From Glaucostegus cemiculus (Eukaryota): DNA of 64,000 bases. The notes beneath the pieces are model-generated. The model did no database searches, was not told where the DNA came from, and worked only from the letters and a program-made list of their open reading frames with translations. Below are positions 13,560-25,976 of this stretch, piece by piece (positions within the stretch are counted from its first letter, which is position 1; each line of letters starts with the position of its first letter). The stretch spans positions 20,708,001 through 20,772,000 of the forward strand of contig CDPCPM010000037.1 in NCBI GenBank assembly GCA_976551045.1, read 5' to 3'. A program made the position numbers and the translations under genes.

Positions 13560-14910
13560 CGCCAGGTGGCAGTGTTGATTGTGGGAAGGATGCGGAGAGG
13601 CTTTGGGGAATATTGACAGAGCTGAATGGGCAATGATGGGGCAGATGGAATATAATGTGGAAAAATGTGACACCATCCACTTCTGTGGATGGAAGGGGTT
13701 GGTGTTCACAGGTACCTTGGGTGTCTTTTTATACAGACCTTTGCAGGCTCGGCAAGCAATTCCGAAGGCAAATGGTATGTTGGCCTTTATCGCATGAGGA
13801 TTTGAATACAGGAGTAGGAGGAACTCAGCAGGTTAGGCAGTGTTTGTGGAGGTAAATGGACGGTCAACATTTGGGGTTGAGACCCTTCATCTGGACTGCT
13901 CCCTCTCTGTCCCTTTTTCTCTCTCCTCCTTTCTACCCAGTTCCTCCTGCATATCCCCAGCTTCCCCCCCACACTGCTTCTTCCCCTCCTCCATCTGCCC
14001 GCCCCACCTCCCTGAATTCCATGCTCCACCTTCCTTTCCTATCAGATTCCATCCTCTACAGCCCTTTGTTGCCTCCACCTCCGAGCCTCTGTCACTTTTT
14101 CCACCCTTCTCTCCATCATCTGCCTATCACCCCCCCCCTCATCTGTATCCACCTATCACTATCCACCCCTTCCCCTCACCTCTTTATACTGTCTCCCCTC
14201 TACTCTTTCAGTCCGGATGAAGATCTTGACTCTAAGCATTGTCTGTCCATTTCCTTCCACAGATGCTGCCTGACCCACTGAGTTCCTCCAGCTGTTTGTT
14301 GTTCCAGTTTCCAGCAGCTGCAATCCCTTCTGTCTACGGTAGAGAGATTGTGCTCCAATTATGAATGGCCCTGCTGGCTCTCAATCTGGAATTTTGGGAA
14401 CAGGTCTGGTTTCCCTACCTAAGAAGGGATCTGCTTGCAAAAGAAGTGCAACAAAGGGTCACCAGTTTGATTCCCTGGATGATGGATTAATGGAAGAGTA
14501 ATCACTAGGTTTGTACTCAAGAATGAGTGGTATCTTGTCAAAATGTACAAAGTTCTTAAGGGGCTTGCCACTGTAGTTGTGGAGTTGTTGCCCCTGGCTG
14601 GGATACCTAGACCAAAATGATTCTAGGATTAGTCACAGAATGAGAGGTCAGCCATTCAGAACAGGTGAGAATAAACTTCTTCAGCCAGAGGAGTGAAGCT
14701 TTGGAATTCACTGGGCAGAAAGGTGATGAAGACTCATTTGCTGAACTTATTCAAGATGGATTCTGGTAGATTTTTAGCTATTAAAGAAATCAAGGGATTC
14801 AATGCAAGTCCAGGAAAATCACGCTGAGTTAAAAGATCAGCAGTGATCTAATTGAACAGTGGGGGGCAGGTATGAGGGGTTGAATGTCCTCTCCCTGCTT
14901 CTAATGTTTA
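13560..14910 (+). mobile_element. CR1-type LINE 3' fragment interrupted by an insertion at ~13817-14337
   Basis: WAMMGQMEYNVEKC and KANGMLAFIA peptides; the sequence resumes after the insert (gtagagagattgtgctcc). Confidence 0.8.
13817..14337. mobile_element. Inverted-end repeat (Penelope-associated family in cartilaginous fishes); relatives at ~6145-6275, 20190-20330, 37825-38015, 62650-62830, 63465-63570
   Basis: ggaactcagcagg.caggcagcatctgtgga motif and its reverse complement ccacagatgctgcctgaccc.ctgagttcc; pyrimidine-rich centre. Confidence 0.65.
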
Positions 14911-16562
14911 TAAAAACATTTTCACCCGTCTTGGAAAGAACCTTGTGCTTCCAATTTCCAGGGCTTGGGCCCTAGGCATTTGAAATTAATTCCAAAATAA
15001 ACTTCAGATTTGCTACACCCAGCCACTGCATTTTTTATATATAAAACGTCGTCCTAGCTGCTTGTCTGCTTTTAAGTTCTGGTTGGCTTATTTGGATGTG
15101 GTTGCTATGTACACAAGACTCATGTTCAGGAATACAGTAATGGAATAACTGCACATAGGCAGCTTAAGTACTGAGTCTTTTCATACAATATCTTGTTCTC
15201 TGGTTTGTGACTTCTGAATTCTGAGTGAAGCAAATCTCAAAACCCATTTCTATATAAAGGCACATTTCTATATAAATGGTCTACAATGGGTAGTTTCATC
15301 CAGCTATTTTTAGAGTTAGATTACTTGGCCATTTTCGATTATGAATTTCAGTTGAATATGTGAAGTTTGTTTTTATAGATGATTTTTCATATACACTCTA
15401 ACTTAGTGTTCAAACTATTTGCTGTTTCCAACTGAGTTCTTGCACAGTTGATGCTCATTTAAAGACAAAAGAAGAACTGTCAGGAAAAAGCTGTACTTTT
15501 AGGAAACTGCAAATCTGTCTGCTGATCTAACAGGGGTGTAGAGAAGAGGCAGTTTGTGGGTTGCCAGAGTGACTTCATGTGGATGAGTTCATTTCCTGAG
15601 GAGTCAGCTGTATCTTAGCCTTCATTTCTGTTTCTGAGTTGAAGGACACTTTGGATCATTTTCAGAAATGTGCTGAAGCCCTGCATTTGTTGATTGAGCT
15701 GCATGAAATAATCCCTTTGTTGTAAAGCCCCATTTCCAACGGCGGCAGTAATTGCATCATCCACAACACACTAGCATTCTTCATTTAAAAAATGTGCTTT
15801 TATTTCAAATTCTGAAAGCAGTTCAGTTTCATGATACCCTCCATTTCAAATCACAAGATCCATTTACAGGGACACCATTTTACAAGGAAGCCTGTGTCAT
15901 ATTCTGAATTTAATCACGCAGAATTGGGACAGTTTTTTAAATAGTGTACTCTGGATCTCATTTCACATCATTGGATGAATGTAGGCTGGTTGGTTAAGGT
16001 TGACAAAACAAACAATCAATTTTTATTACACAAAACTGGGCAATTTTTCTGGGATTAGTTTTATTAGTGTTTTACTTACTGTTTACAACCAGTTAAACAA
16101 AAGAATCAGGGCAAGGACTAGGGAGTAAAAAAAGCAGTTTGGCGTACTTTCCATTGATATCAGTGAAACAAGCCTGCATTTGGTGTTAAAATTTCCTACC
16201 TCTATTGCCTCCTGAATTAGTGAGCTGTAGTAAGCAGAAGAAGAAGATTATGTTTGGCATTGTGATAGATATCAGCTTAGATATAAACCTTGCTTCCAAG
16301 ATTGACCTGATAGTACAGTGAGAAATATTTATATTTTCAGAGGGGGACTGGAGACTGGTGTAATAGTAATTAAAATTATATGCACCTCATCCAAGACTTC
16401 ATAGGACCAGGTAAAAATTAGGGGTTGGCACTACATTTATATTATTAAGACTGCAACAAGAAATATTCAAAACTTGTTAACAGAACATGCTCTATAAATG
16501 TGTAGAGGAAAAAGAAATTAATTTTAAGAGTCATTTAAATACAGCTTTTCAACAGAAATAAT

Positions 16563-16568
16563 TTTATT
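16563..16568 (-). terminator. Candidate polyadenylation signal AATAAA
   Basis: + strand tttatt; U-rich sequence downstream on the minus strand; a second AATAAA lies at ~16022-16027. Confidence 0.5.
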
Positions 16569-19500
16569 AAGAAAACACATTACATAAGTTTTGCACTGTG
16601 AACTCCTTGATTTTAGCATTCTCTTTGTGACCAAAATTTATCAATGGCTACAAAGTAATCATCTTCAAATTCTATTCCAAAATATGTGGATTAAAAGTTT
16701 TCTTTCCTTTTTAAAGAATGCTTCTTTGATGTTTTTTCCCCAAGACATCAAAATAACATTTAACCACAAATTTCACAGAGAACACAACAATTAATACATA
16801 ACAATGAAGTGTTTACAATGTTATGTCACAATATTTTCTTGAAATTACACCAAGTTGTTAAATTAGTTTTAACTTGTTTCTGTAAACAAGTCCCTTTCTG
16901 TTTAAATAATTTACCACAAATTGACAGATTTTGGAAGTCACTTTACCAACAGCTCTGGATTATCCATATTGTTTAGTTCAATGTTGTTTCAAGGAGATGA
17001 CAGGGTTTAGGTATTCTGGACATATCGCAAGCAAAAACATGCAGGTAAAACGTTATGCCATCATACGAAGACTTAAAACACTGGCATGCCAGAATGACCT
17101 TTGAGTAGGTCTTCAATGAATTACACCTGAAAGTAAATTAAGATTTTTTTGGTATTACCTTAGATTGATTATGACAATGACTCCTCCACATTTATAACCA
17201 ATGTCACTTATTTGTCCTTTTGGGATAAATGCTATTACAAACAAAATTGTTCCTACAAACCTTTACTCTTCATTTCAAGATATACAAAGATATTAAGCTC
17301 TTAAAAGTTTCTATTTCATATTAAAAGTCACAGTTTGTACTATACAGTTTCAAAAAATACAGTTGTGTACAGAAGATAAACTCAAATGTATAGAAAAGAG
17401 CATTTCAGTTTCATGTTTCCCAATAAATGCTACATAAAATAATAATAGGTGTAAAATTTGAAGAGTCCACCCAAAAGCCATTTTGGCTATGCCAACATCA
17501 TGCCCATTTCCTCCCCTGCATTGAATAATGGATATATGAAGTACAAATACCTAGATATACGTTTTTCTTTCAATTATTATACACAATTTATTTTCCTATG
17601 AACAGTATAAATAATTAAAAGGCATTTTTACAAACATATGCTGAACTTTTTATATTAAAAGATCACCTAAAAACAAACATTTAAAAATCTAGTCTTACAT
17701 TACAAAAATTAAAAACTAATGTTAAAAAAACTTAAATACATCAACAATTGAAAATGACGATCAGGTTTTCCGGAGTTTAAATAGTTTTCATATGTACACA
17801 TGACAAAGACTTAGAAAACAATGAAGCTTATAAAACTGATATACATTAAAACCTTTTATCAAGTAAATAAAGAATGGTAAGAGCAGGTAACAATGTCTTA
17901 CTGCTTCAAGAAGAGCATTTGTATTTGCACCCTTTCTACAGTCACTTAAATCACAGCTCTATAATCCAACCATATTCCTGAAAACATGCAATCACTGTAT
18001 AATGTAAAATTTACAACAAATGGACAGTAAATTTGAAATCAGTTAATTTGGTTAGTAAATGCTATTGGATTATTAACTCTGATTTATTGAGGTGAAATGT
18101 TCTTAAATTGCAGTGGTTGTCAAAATTAACTGCTCTTTTACGGTAGGCTTTGAACATATGGCCTTAAAAGTGATCTGATACTCTAAAATAAAGTTTGGAT
18201 GTAATGACACCCGTCATTGTGTGACCAGTTGGAAAAAACAGTTTTCAATTGGATGTGGCACCATCCAACTGAAAAACAGCCTTTGATTTATTAGTGAACA
18301 CACTTATGAACAATGGTACATATTCATGTCATTTTCAGTGCATGATTTTTTAACGTTTAATGTGACAACTGCATCTAGATTAGGCGGTGCCAAGTATCAT
18401 TGTTGAAAATTATAATCTTAAGAGAACTGATTTAATTGTGTAGAGAACAAACAATAAATACTTTATCACTGGTTAGGTTACATATTCGATTAAAATCAAA
18501 GGACAAATTAAAGAGAATAACTCGTATCCAGATAAGATACGAGTTGCGTACACTGGCAGCTAGAAGATAGATAACGGAGAATGGCGTGTTGAGATGGGAG
18601 CGTAACTGAAACCGTGCTGGAAAGGAAAGCTGGCAGTGAGAGCAGAAGTGGAACAAGATAGTAATGACAATAACAGGCAAGGAAAAAATCTGGACAAATT
18701 AGAGGAGAAAGGGACAGAGAGAAGAAAAGGGAAAGAGATTCATGAAAGAGTACAATTGGGAGGATTAGCATTAAGGATAGTCATGGAGAAAGGAGTGAGG
18801 GGGCATTGGGTAGAAGGAAGCTCTGATATTAACTGGGACAAGAGACAAGCAGACAAGATTCATTGCAGGTGGCACACTACAAGTTGCATGAAACCTGGGA
18901 GATTTTTTGGGAAGCAAGTGACGGGACCACAGAAACACAGTTTTGAGTGGCAGGAGGTCACTGCTCAACAGAATCCCTGGAACCCTCGTGGTGGGGGAGG
19001 GGTAAAAAGCTAAACACTTCATTTCATTCTGGGTTTGGAGAAGCAATCCTGCTCTTCTAGTTCCCGCCAGGAAAAAAGGCAGCAAGACCACCGTTCTGGG
19101 TGCCGTCCAACTATGACTGCTCCTCCCACCCAGATGCTGTGGATGGCAAGCCTCTACAACTTCTTTCCGAGAGCTTATGGGTGAAACAGCGGTCGGTCCA
19201 AATGATGCCATACGTTGCAATAGGGAGTATGTATTTAAAGGAATATCCAGACAATTTCCAGTTAGTCTGTTTGAGAGAGGCCCACAGAAAGAGTGGTGAA
19301 GATAATGGCAAAGGGTAATCAATGGGAGAGACAACAGCAAGGGAAGACACTGAATAAAAGCAGAAAACAGACTGATGGGACTGAGCTTCATAGAAACAGT
19401 CAGGTCAGGGTGAACAGCACAGAAAACCATGCCAAAAGAACTAATGATAAATGAAGCCAGCTTTGTAAAGGAAAAGTAACCAGAAACTGGAGTAACCAGA

Positions 19501-22399
19501 ATAGCTATGTCGGCACAACATTGTGGGCTGAAGGGCCTGTTCTGTATATTCTAAACAAAATAATGGAAAGCAGAAGGGGACACAGAGAATGAGAAGAAAA
19601 TGGCAAGAGGGTCAGGTTTGGTGAGCAGGAGGAAGTTCAGCCAATAAGGAGAGGGTACATAAAGGAAACAAGAAAAGTGACAAAGTGGGTCAAGAAGGGC
19701 AGAAAGGACAGTTTAACAAGAAGGAATTCAGTGAAAGAAATAAAAGGGGTTAGAATGGAAGCAGTTATGGAAAGCAAGCCAGAAAAAAGACAGATGGTCA
19801 GCATCAAGACAGCTAGAGTGAGTCAAAGGAAAACTGGCGAGGTGACCAAAACAAAGTCAACAGAAGAGGAAATCAAACAGCGGGCAAGGCGAATGCAGCT
19901 GCTGGCAATATTGGAAGGGAGACAATTTTGTGAAAAAGAGAGAGGAACAGGGAAGAGTTGGTTGTGCTTGGGGGATGGGCAGGGGAAGGAGTGGAGACAG
20001 ACATGTACTTTCAAACAACCAACAGGGGCACCAGCTCAGGAGGGCGAATGAAAATGGATGCAGTGGGAAAACATGTTCTGAAGGGCAGCCAAACACAGGA
20101 GAGACAATGTGGAAAATGAACCGGGCAAAGACAGAAAACAGAAAGTACAGAGGAGAAGAAACTAAGAAGAAAATCAAGAATGGTCAAAGTAAAATCTGTA
20201 GATGCTAGAAATCTGAAATTAAAACAAATACTCAGTGGTCAGGCAGCATGTGTGCAGAGAGAAGCAGGTTGATGCTCCGTCATCAGAACAAGGAAAAGCT
20301 GAAATAGATATGTTCTAAGTTACCAAGTTGTGATAAGTGAGGGAATGTTCGTGATCACATGGAGACCGAGAAAACAGAGGGAGTGATCAATGTTTATTAA
20401 TGACAGCGATAATGTCTGTAGGGGGTGCAAACATGGGAGAAGAATCACTGAATGCTTCTAGCTTTCTTTCCGATTTGCAGCAACTGCTAAGTTCTGCAGT
20501 CCACTTCCAGCCCTGTGTATTTTCCCTCTACCTCTCCTCATTCTCATCTCTATCTCCATCACCACCAGCCAGATTAGCTGCCATGAGGCTTCAATCCTCT
20601 CTCTCAGCTGAGACCACGTTCTCTTGGTCTCCATTGAATCACGGACATTCCCTTTGTTCTCTCCATTGCTCCTCCTAATCTGCATCTTAAAACATACCTA
20701 TTTTCTAACATTACCAGATTCAGATGAGGTCATCAATACAGAGCTGTTGACTGGGGCAGGGGAAACAGACCAGCCAGGAGGGGAAAAAGCAAGATTTAAA
20801 GTCAGGGAGAGACAATGGTGGAGACATGGAAGCAGGGAAGAACAAAGAAGGGAGAATAAGAACCAGGTTAGCAAAGCAAATGTGAAAGTCAAAGATGGGA
20901 AAGTACAACGAGGATGCAAACCAGATTTGGAGATGACAATAATATACATTAGGAAATGCGTCGGAAAATAAAAAAAGGAAATTTTGATTCTACCAACCAG
21001 CAGGGGAGGTTGATTGGAATAACAGTTAAATTAGAACAGCTACACTGAGAAATTTGATCACAAAAAGCTGGTTTGTAAAAATATTCTGTAATTGAAAACC
21101 AATTTAACCTGGAGTATATTACAACCATTGTGAGGCACCCTCATGACCCCAATTTGATTGTTCCTTCAGGGCTGCATGGGATGACTTCTTTTCTCATGTG
21201 GGCCACTGCTGGGGAACTTGGACCATGTTGTCCTCAGTGTGCCCTTCACACAGTCCCCTCAGGACAAAATGATCCGACTCCCGTAGCGGCCACCAAGGGG
21301 TCCCGTTGACAAGTAAAACACTTGGCCAAATGCTTGGAGCCTCCCAAACCCTCACTGCACTACCTGCTGACCACCCCTCCCTCCACACCCTAACCTCTCT
21401 GAAATATAACTGGTCCACTGAACATTACCACACCCGCCCCAATGTATAATTGGTCCCCTGAAACAATCCCTATTACTCCCCAATGGAGAGCTGGTCCAAT
21501 GAATATTACTATTGGCCCCCACCCCACAAATGTCCAGACAACTCTCCTGAAACTCTCCTCCCACCCCACCCCCATCAATGAACAGTTGGTCCCCTCTTTT
21601 CCCTGGTGTGCAGCCATGTCCTCAGAGACCCCCATCTCCCCTGTGATATACAGCCACCTCCCTCTAGCACCACTGCAGATAATTGCTTTGCACAGCAAGT
21701 GCCATACCAGTATCCCCACCACCTCTCCCTACCGCAAGGGGAGTGCTGGTCTGATCTCCCCCTTCACTACATGAATTCTGGAGTGCATGATAAATCCCCC
21801 TCCCCACCCTCATGGCCAACCTCTAGTAACACACACTGGAGGTTTCAGTCACGCAGGAACTTTGATGATGAGACAACGGCCGAAATGGCCATTCCATCAC
21901 ATCAGCACCATTCCGAAGCTCTGGAACTTCCAGGAGGTTATGGGAAGCCAGAAGATACAGATGGGAGTATGGAAGGGAGAATGATAAGTAAAGTCATGTT
22001 GGAATACAAATTAGGAAAGAAAGGGGCACAGACTGGGAGCTGCACATGAGTGGGATTGGAAGCTGGGCTGTTTAGGAGAAGAAAATAGGAGTGGTGGGCA
22101 GGTGAAAATGGAATGGATGAGAAACGAATGAAGATGTGGCAGATGCATTTTCACATGGGGGAAGATGTGAGGCATCCTGATTTTTGGGCTGTGATCTTGT
22201 GGAATGGACCCAAAAATCAATGACAGAACTTGAGCAATTGAATTCCTTTGAACTCAACAGGACAAACGTTGTGTGGGTTCTTCATGAGGCAGATGATTCA
22301 CTTCCTCGAGCTGCCGAGTACTAAGGGATTCACATGGCAAATCACAGGTTTATGGGAGCCCACTGGTTGCAGAACTGGCTGAGTGTCCAAACTTAAAAG

Positions 22400-23010
22400 G
22401 AGAGGAGGTGAGATGGGGTTGTGGGGAGGGGGCACGGGGTTGGAGGCTGTGGGTGGGGGGGGGGGGGAAAGCGCGTGGCAGGGAGAGGTTGGGGAGTGGA
22501 GGAGTGGGTCAGGCTGGCATTGGGTTGGACAGCTGAGGGACGAGGCAAGGAGAGGGGTGAGGAGGGACAGGGAATGGAGGTGGCAGGGATGGGATGGTAT
22601 TGGGTTGGTGAGCTGGGGGGAAGCAGGACGGAGGGGAGGAGTTGTTGGCATGGTAGGGGGGTCTGTACAGGGAGGGGAGGAGGCAGGGGGGTCTGTATGG
22701 GGAGGAGGAGGGAGAAGAGGTGGTGGTGGCAGGGCAGGGGGGTTGCTACAGGGAGGAGGGGGAGGGCAGGGAGTCAGTACAGGGAGGGGGGAGGAGGAGA
22801 GGGAGCTGTCTACAAGGGAGGAGGTGGTGGCAGGGCAGGGGTTCAGTACAGGGAGGGAATGGGGAAGGTTGGGGGGCAGGAGGAGGAGGTGGGGCAGGGC
22901 TGGGGGTAGGAGGAGGGGGAAGGATGGCATTGGGTTGGGAGAGGTAGGGTGGGACAGAGGTGTGGTTGGAGGGGCGGGACAGGATTCGTGGGGAAGGGAG
23001 AGGGACGGAA
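22400..23010. repeat. G-rich low-complexity tract with degenerate ~30-35 nt units
   Basis: Recurrent ggcagggg..tc.gtacagggagg motif at ~22655-22860; G-runs throughout. Confidence 0.8.
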
Positions 23011-25130
23011 TGCACAAAATCCTGCATTTCCAATTGCACAAAAATAAAAGACGAAAAAGACGTTGAATTCCAGTTCACTCTTCATTTAACAAACCTGGTT
23101 AGATTGCTTGTCCCCTCCTCATGAATCCTTTCCTCATGAATCCCCCTTTCCTCAATATCCAGTCAATAAAACCAAATGTCAGCAACTGTTTTCTTTATCC
23201 AGGTGAGTGAGTCTGGCAGCTGTTGAAAATCAGCCGCGTAATGTTTCTGAGCACCCAATGGTTGGACACTCAGGAAAATAAAGCAGCCTTCTCTCTCTCT
23301 CCCCCTCACCTTCCCACTTGGATGGTCAGGCTGGGCCTGTGCTTGATTGCAAAGCCCAGGAAATCCTTGCAACGCATCATCTGGGAGACCATCTGATTCA
23401 GGTGATCTCTACTTTTTCCTTCTGAGTATTCCTCAGGTGCAGGGAAAAAGTAGCATTTTCCACCTTTGTGAATTCCAGCAATTGTAAATATATCGCTCAG
23501 AATTTAAATTTCATCCAAGGTAACACAAAATTTGAGAAGCATATCAAAGCAGCAATGGCCTAGGAATTAGAGTTTTCTGTGAATGGTGGAACAATCCTTG
23601 ATTCTGAACATCAAGGTGTACATTGTATGTGAAAGCAGGCATCGGAGGTTAGCACTGGTACACCAGCGAGAGCTATGGACACCTCAGGCAGCTCACTGGT
23701 GAAGAGGACTCAACAGTGGCCAGAAGTGGCCCATACAATTTTAATGTGCGTTTTGGGGCAAGGTTTTGCAATTAAATCAATAAATTGAAATACTTACCTT
23801 CTTAGTTGCAGTCTGCAGTAGTTTCAGTAAGAACGAGTGTTAGACCACAATGCATGCCAGGTTTTTCTTAACATAGCTGGGTCAATGCTGTTCAGGGTAA
23901 TCCGAAAATCCAGGGAAGCCCCCAGGGGCATTAGGCACCTTATTTGAGCATACAAGGAATCTACCAACTACTTCATTCATTGTTGTATTTCCTTTGCCAT
24001 TACCAGTTGCAACTCATTTCTGGCTTATAGTGAACACATTGCACTGTGGACTTAGGGGGCCAATTTAAGTTAGTAACATCTGCAGGAACCAACAATGAAT
24101 GACCATTCCTGTTTGTGTACCAAGCACTTAAACCAAAAGTAATGTGGGGATTTATTCTCCTAACACAATCAGTTTATCACCACGAGATAAAATATTCTAA
24201 AAATGTGTGAGAAAGCTAATCAATGATTGGAGCCTGCAATTTACAAATTCTTTCAATTATGAGAAGCTCTCTATTGAACTGTGACTGCATCCTGTCTTTA
24301 ATGTATATTTAAAAGTCCGTTTCCTTAAAAGAGTCAACCATTAGCTTACAAAAACACTGTGGGGTAGAAATATGTTTAGCACTAGGCCCAAGCCAGTGGT
24401 ATGAAACAGGCCACTTATTATACATTGATCGCACAATATCCAGTCGCCCTGACTTCAATAAATAGCAGGTGTAACAGGAGACCCATGCAACACCTCTCCT
24501 GCTTAGTTTTCCCATCCAATTCATCTTCCGTATTCTCTGACTCAGTGACTACAATGCCAGAGATGATCTAGTACTTTATAATAATCTTTTGTGCAAACTG
24601 CACTCATGTTCAATACCAATAGTTGCTGGAAACTCTATTTCAAAATGAACAATCTGGAACATGCTTCATCAGCAATTAATATTTTCTTGGCTGAATATAT
24701 TTGTGCAGTGGCACAACAGTGTTTACTGTTCTAATCACCTCTTGCTCCATGTGTATCTATAGTTCACAAATGAGAGTCATATGACAGCAATACAGACAGG
24801 AGAAGGTTTGCCAAAAGAACTGAAGACTGCTGTCATTACCTGATTAAACACTCGCGATTGTATAACTATTTAGTGCTATTGTAGAAATGACTCCACCATC
24901 TAAACAGTGCAACCCCAGATCTTTCAGATTTTTTGTGATTAAAAACCAATAGTTTGCTTCTGCTCTACATTTTAAATTTTGCAATCTACAGTGAACTTGA
25001 CAATACAACCTGAACATCTCTTCTAAACATCTCAAATTTCACCTGGGCTGACAGATAAAGCGCAAGATGCAACAATTACTTTAGAACACAGATCCATGTG
25101 ATTAACCAGCCACGTGGCACAACTCACTAC

Positions 25131-25268
25131 TCAGCCTGATTTTTCATCCGAGGCATTTGGATCTGAAGGCAAAGAGCGTGATTTACATTGCGATAATGAA
25201 TGACGTGCTGACGATCTGGACGGAAAGCAGGAGGTGAGTGACTGAGATGTACAATCACATGATGCTTC
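25131..25268 (-). CDS. SOGA1: SOGA1/MTCL2 last coding exon (EASCDCTSQSLTSCFPSRSSARHSLSQCKSRSLPSDPNASDEKSG*)
   Basis: cttgtgcag acceptor; phase 0; CDC.SQSLTSCF motif of the SOGA1 C-terminus; TGA at 25133-25131. Confidence 0.92.
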   Translation of the reverse strand, partial: EASCDCTSQSLTSCFPSRSSARHSLSQCKSRSLPSDPNASDEKSG

Positions 25269-25976
25269 CTGCACAAGAACATGAATGAGATTCAATGTCA
25301 ATAGTAAGCTAAAGAAAATTTTACCTTACAAACATATTCAGAATCAGAATAACATCTTAAATGTCAATTCAAAACCTAGGCTTAGAAACTACTGTTGGTG
25401 ATTGGTAAGCATTTTAACAAGCTGACAAGGTGTTTCTACTTCTAATATTTTTTCAGAGACATCATTCCTCATAAAATAAATGTACCTCTACTTGCACTAA
25501 GCTAGCAGAGAAATGCCATTAATAAATGACATTAATATTACCAAGAGCAATTTCATTATCAGGAAAAAATATGGTGTTATTAGGCTGGGGAATATTTCCA
25601 GCATTTATTGTCACCATCATGAGTAACAGCAACTCCAACAACAGACTGATGTCCCGCTCCCTCTGCTCCAACATTCTTTAACCTGTATCAAACAACATGC
25701 ATGTGGTTTACAATAAGTAAATGCAGTAAAACTCTGATAATCTGCCACAGTCAGGACTTTGGTGCCAGACCGGCAGATTTTCCTGACTATTGGATATTAA
25801 ATAAAAACCTAGCATAGTCATGATAGGCTGAATAGTACCTTAGTGCTGTTACATTTTATAGTCATATCCTAGTTCATTAATATTAAATACAAAAAGCAGA
25901 AATGTTCCCTGTTGAAATACTGTTGGATGTGGAATGGATTTAAGAAATGACACTTGAACTGCATATAAGACTTTAC

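Larger units (their letters stand above)
16545..25130 (-). other. Probable long 3'UTR of SOGA1
   Basis: Follows the stop codon; the distal ~1.9 kb is AU-rich, free of recognisable repeats, and ends in AATAAA with a U-rich downstream tract; extent is inferred. Confidence 0.5.

Noticed and set aside
21400-21600. CRISPR-like repeat-spacer appearance
   Set aside because: Vertebrate DNA; repeats are degenerate and irregular; no cas genes
22298-23085. Long Pro-rich and Gly-rich ORFs (247, 227, 162 aa) on both strands
   Set aside because: Artefacts of the G-rich low-complexity tract, which lacks stop codons; no recognisable domain
25869-25976. C-terminal extension of the 515-aa ORF (VKSYMQFKCH...)
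   Set aside because: Intronic read-through past the GAG|GTAAAG donor; the homologous C-terminus is in exon 25131-25268
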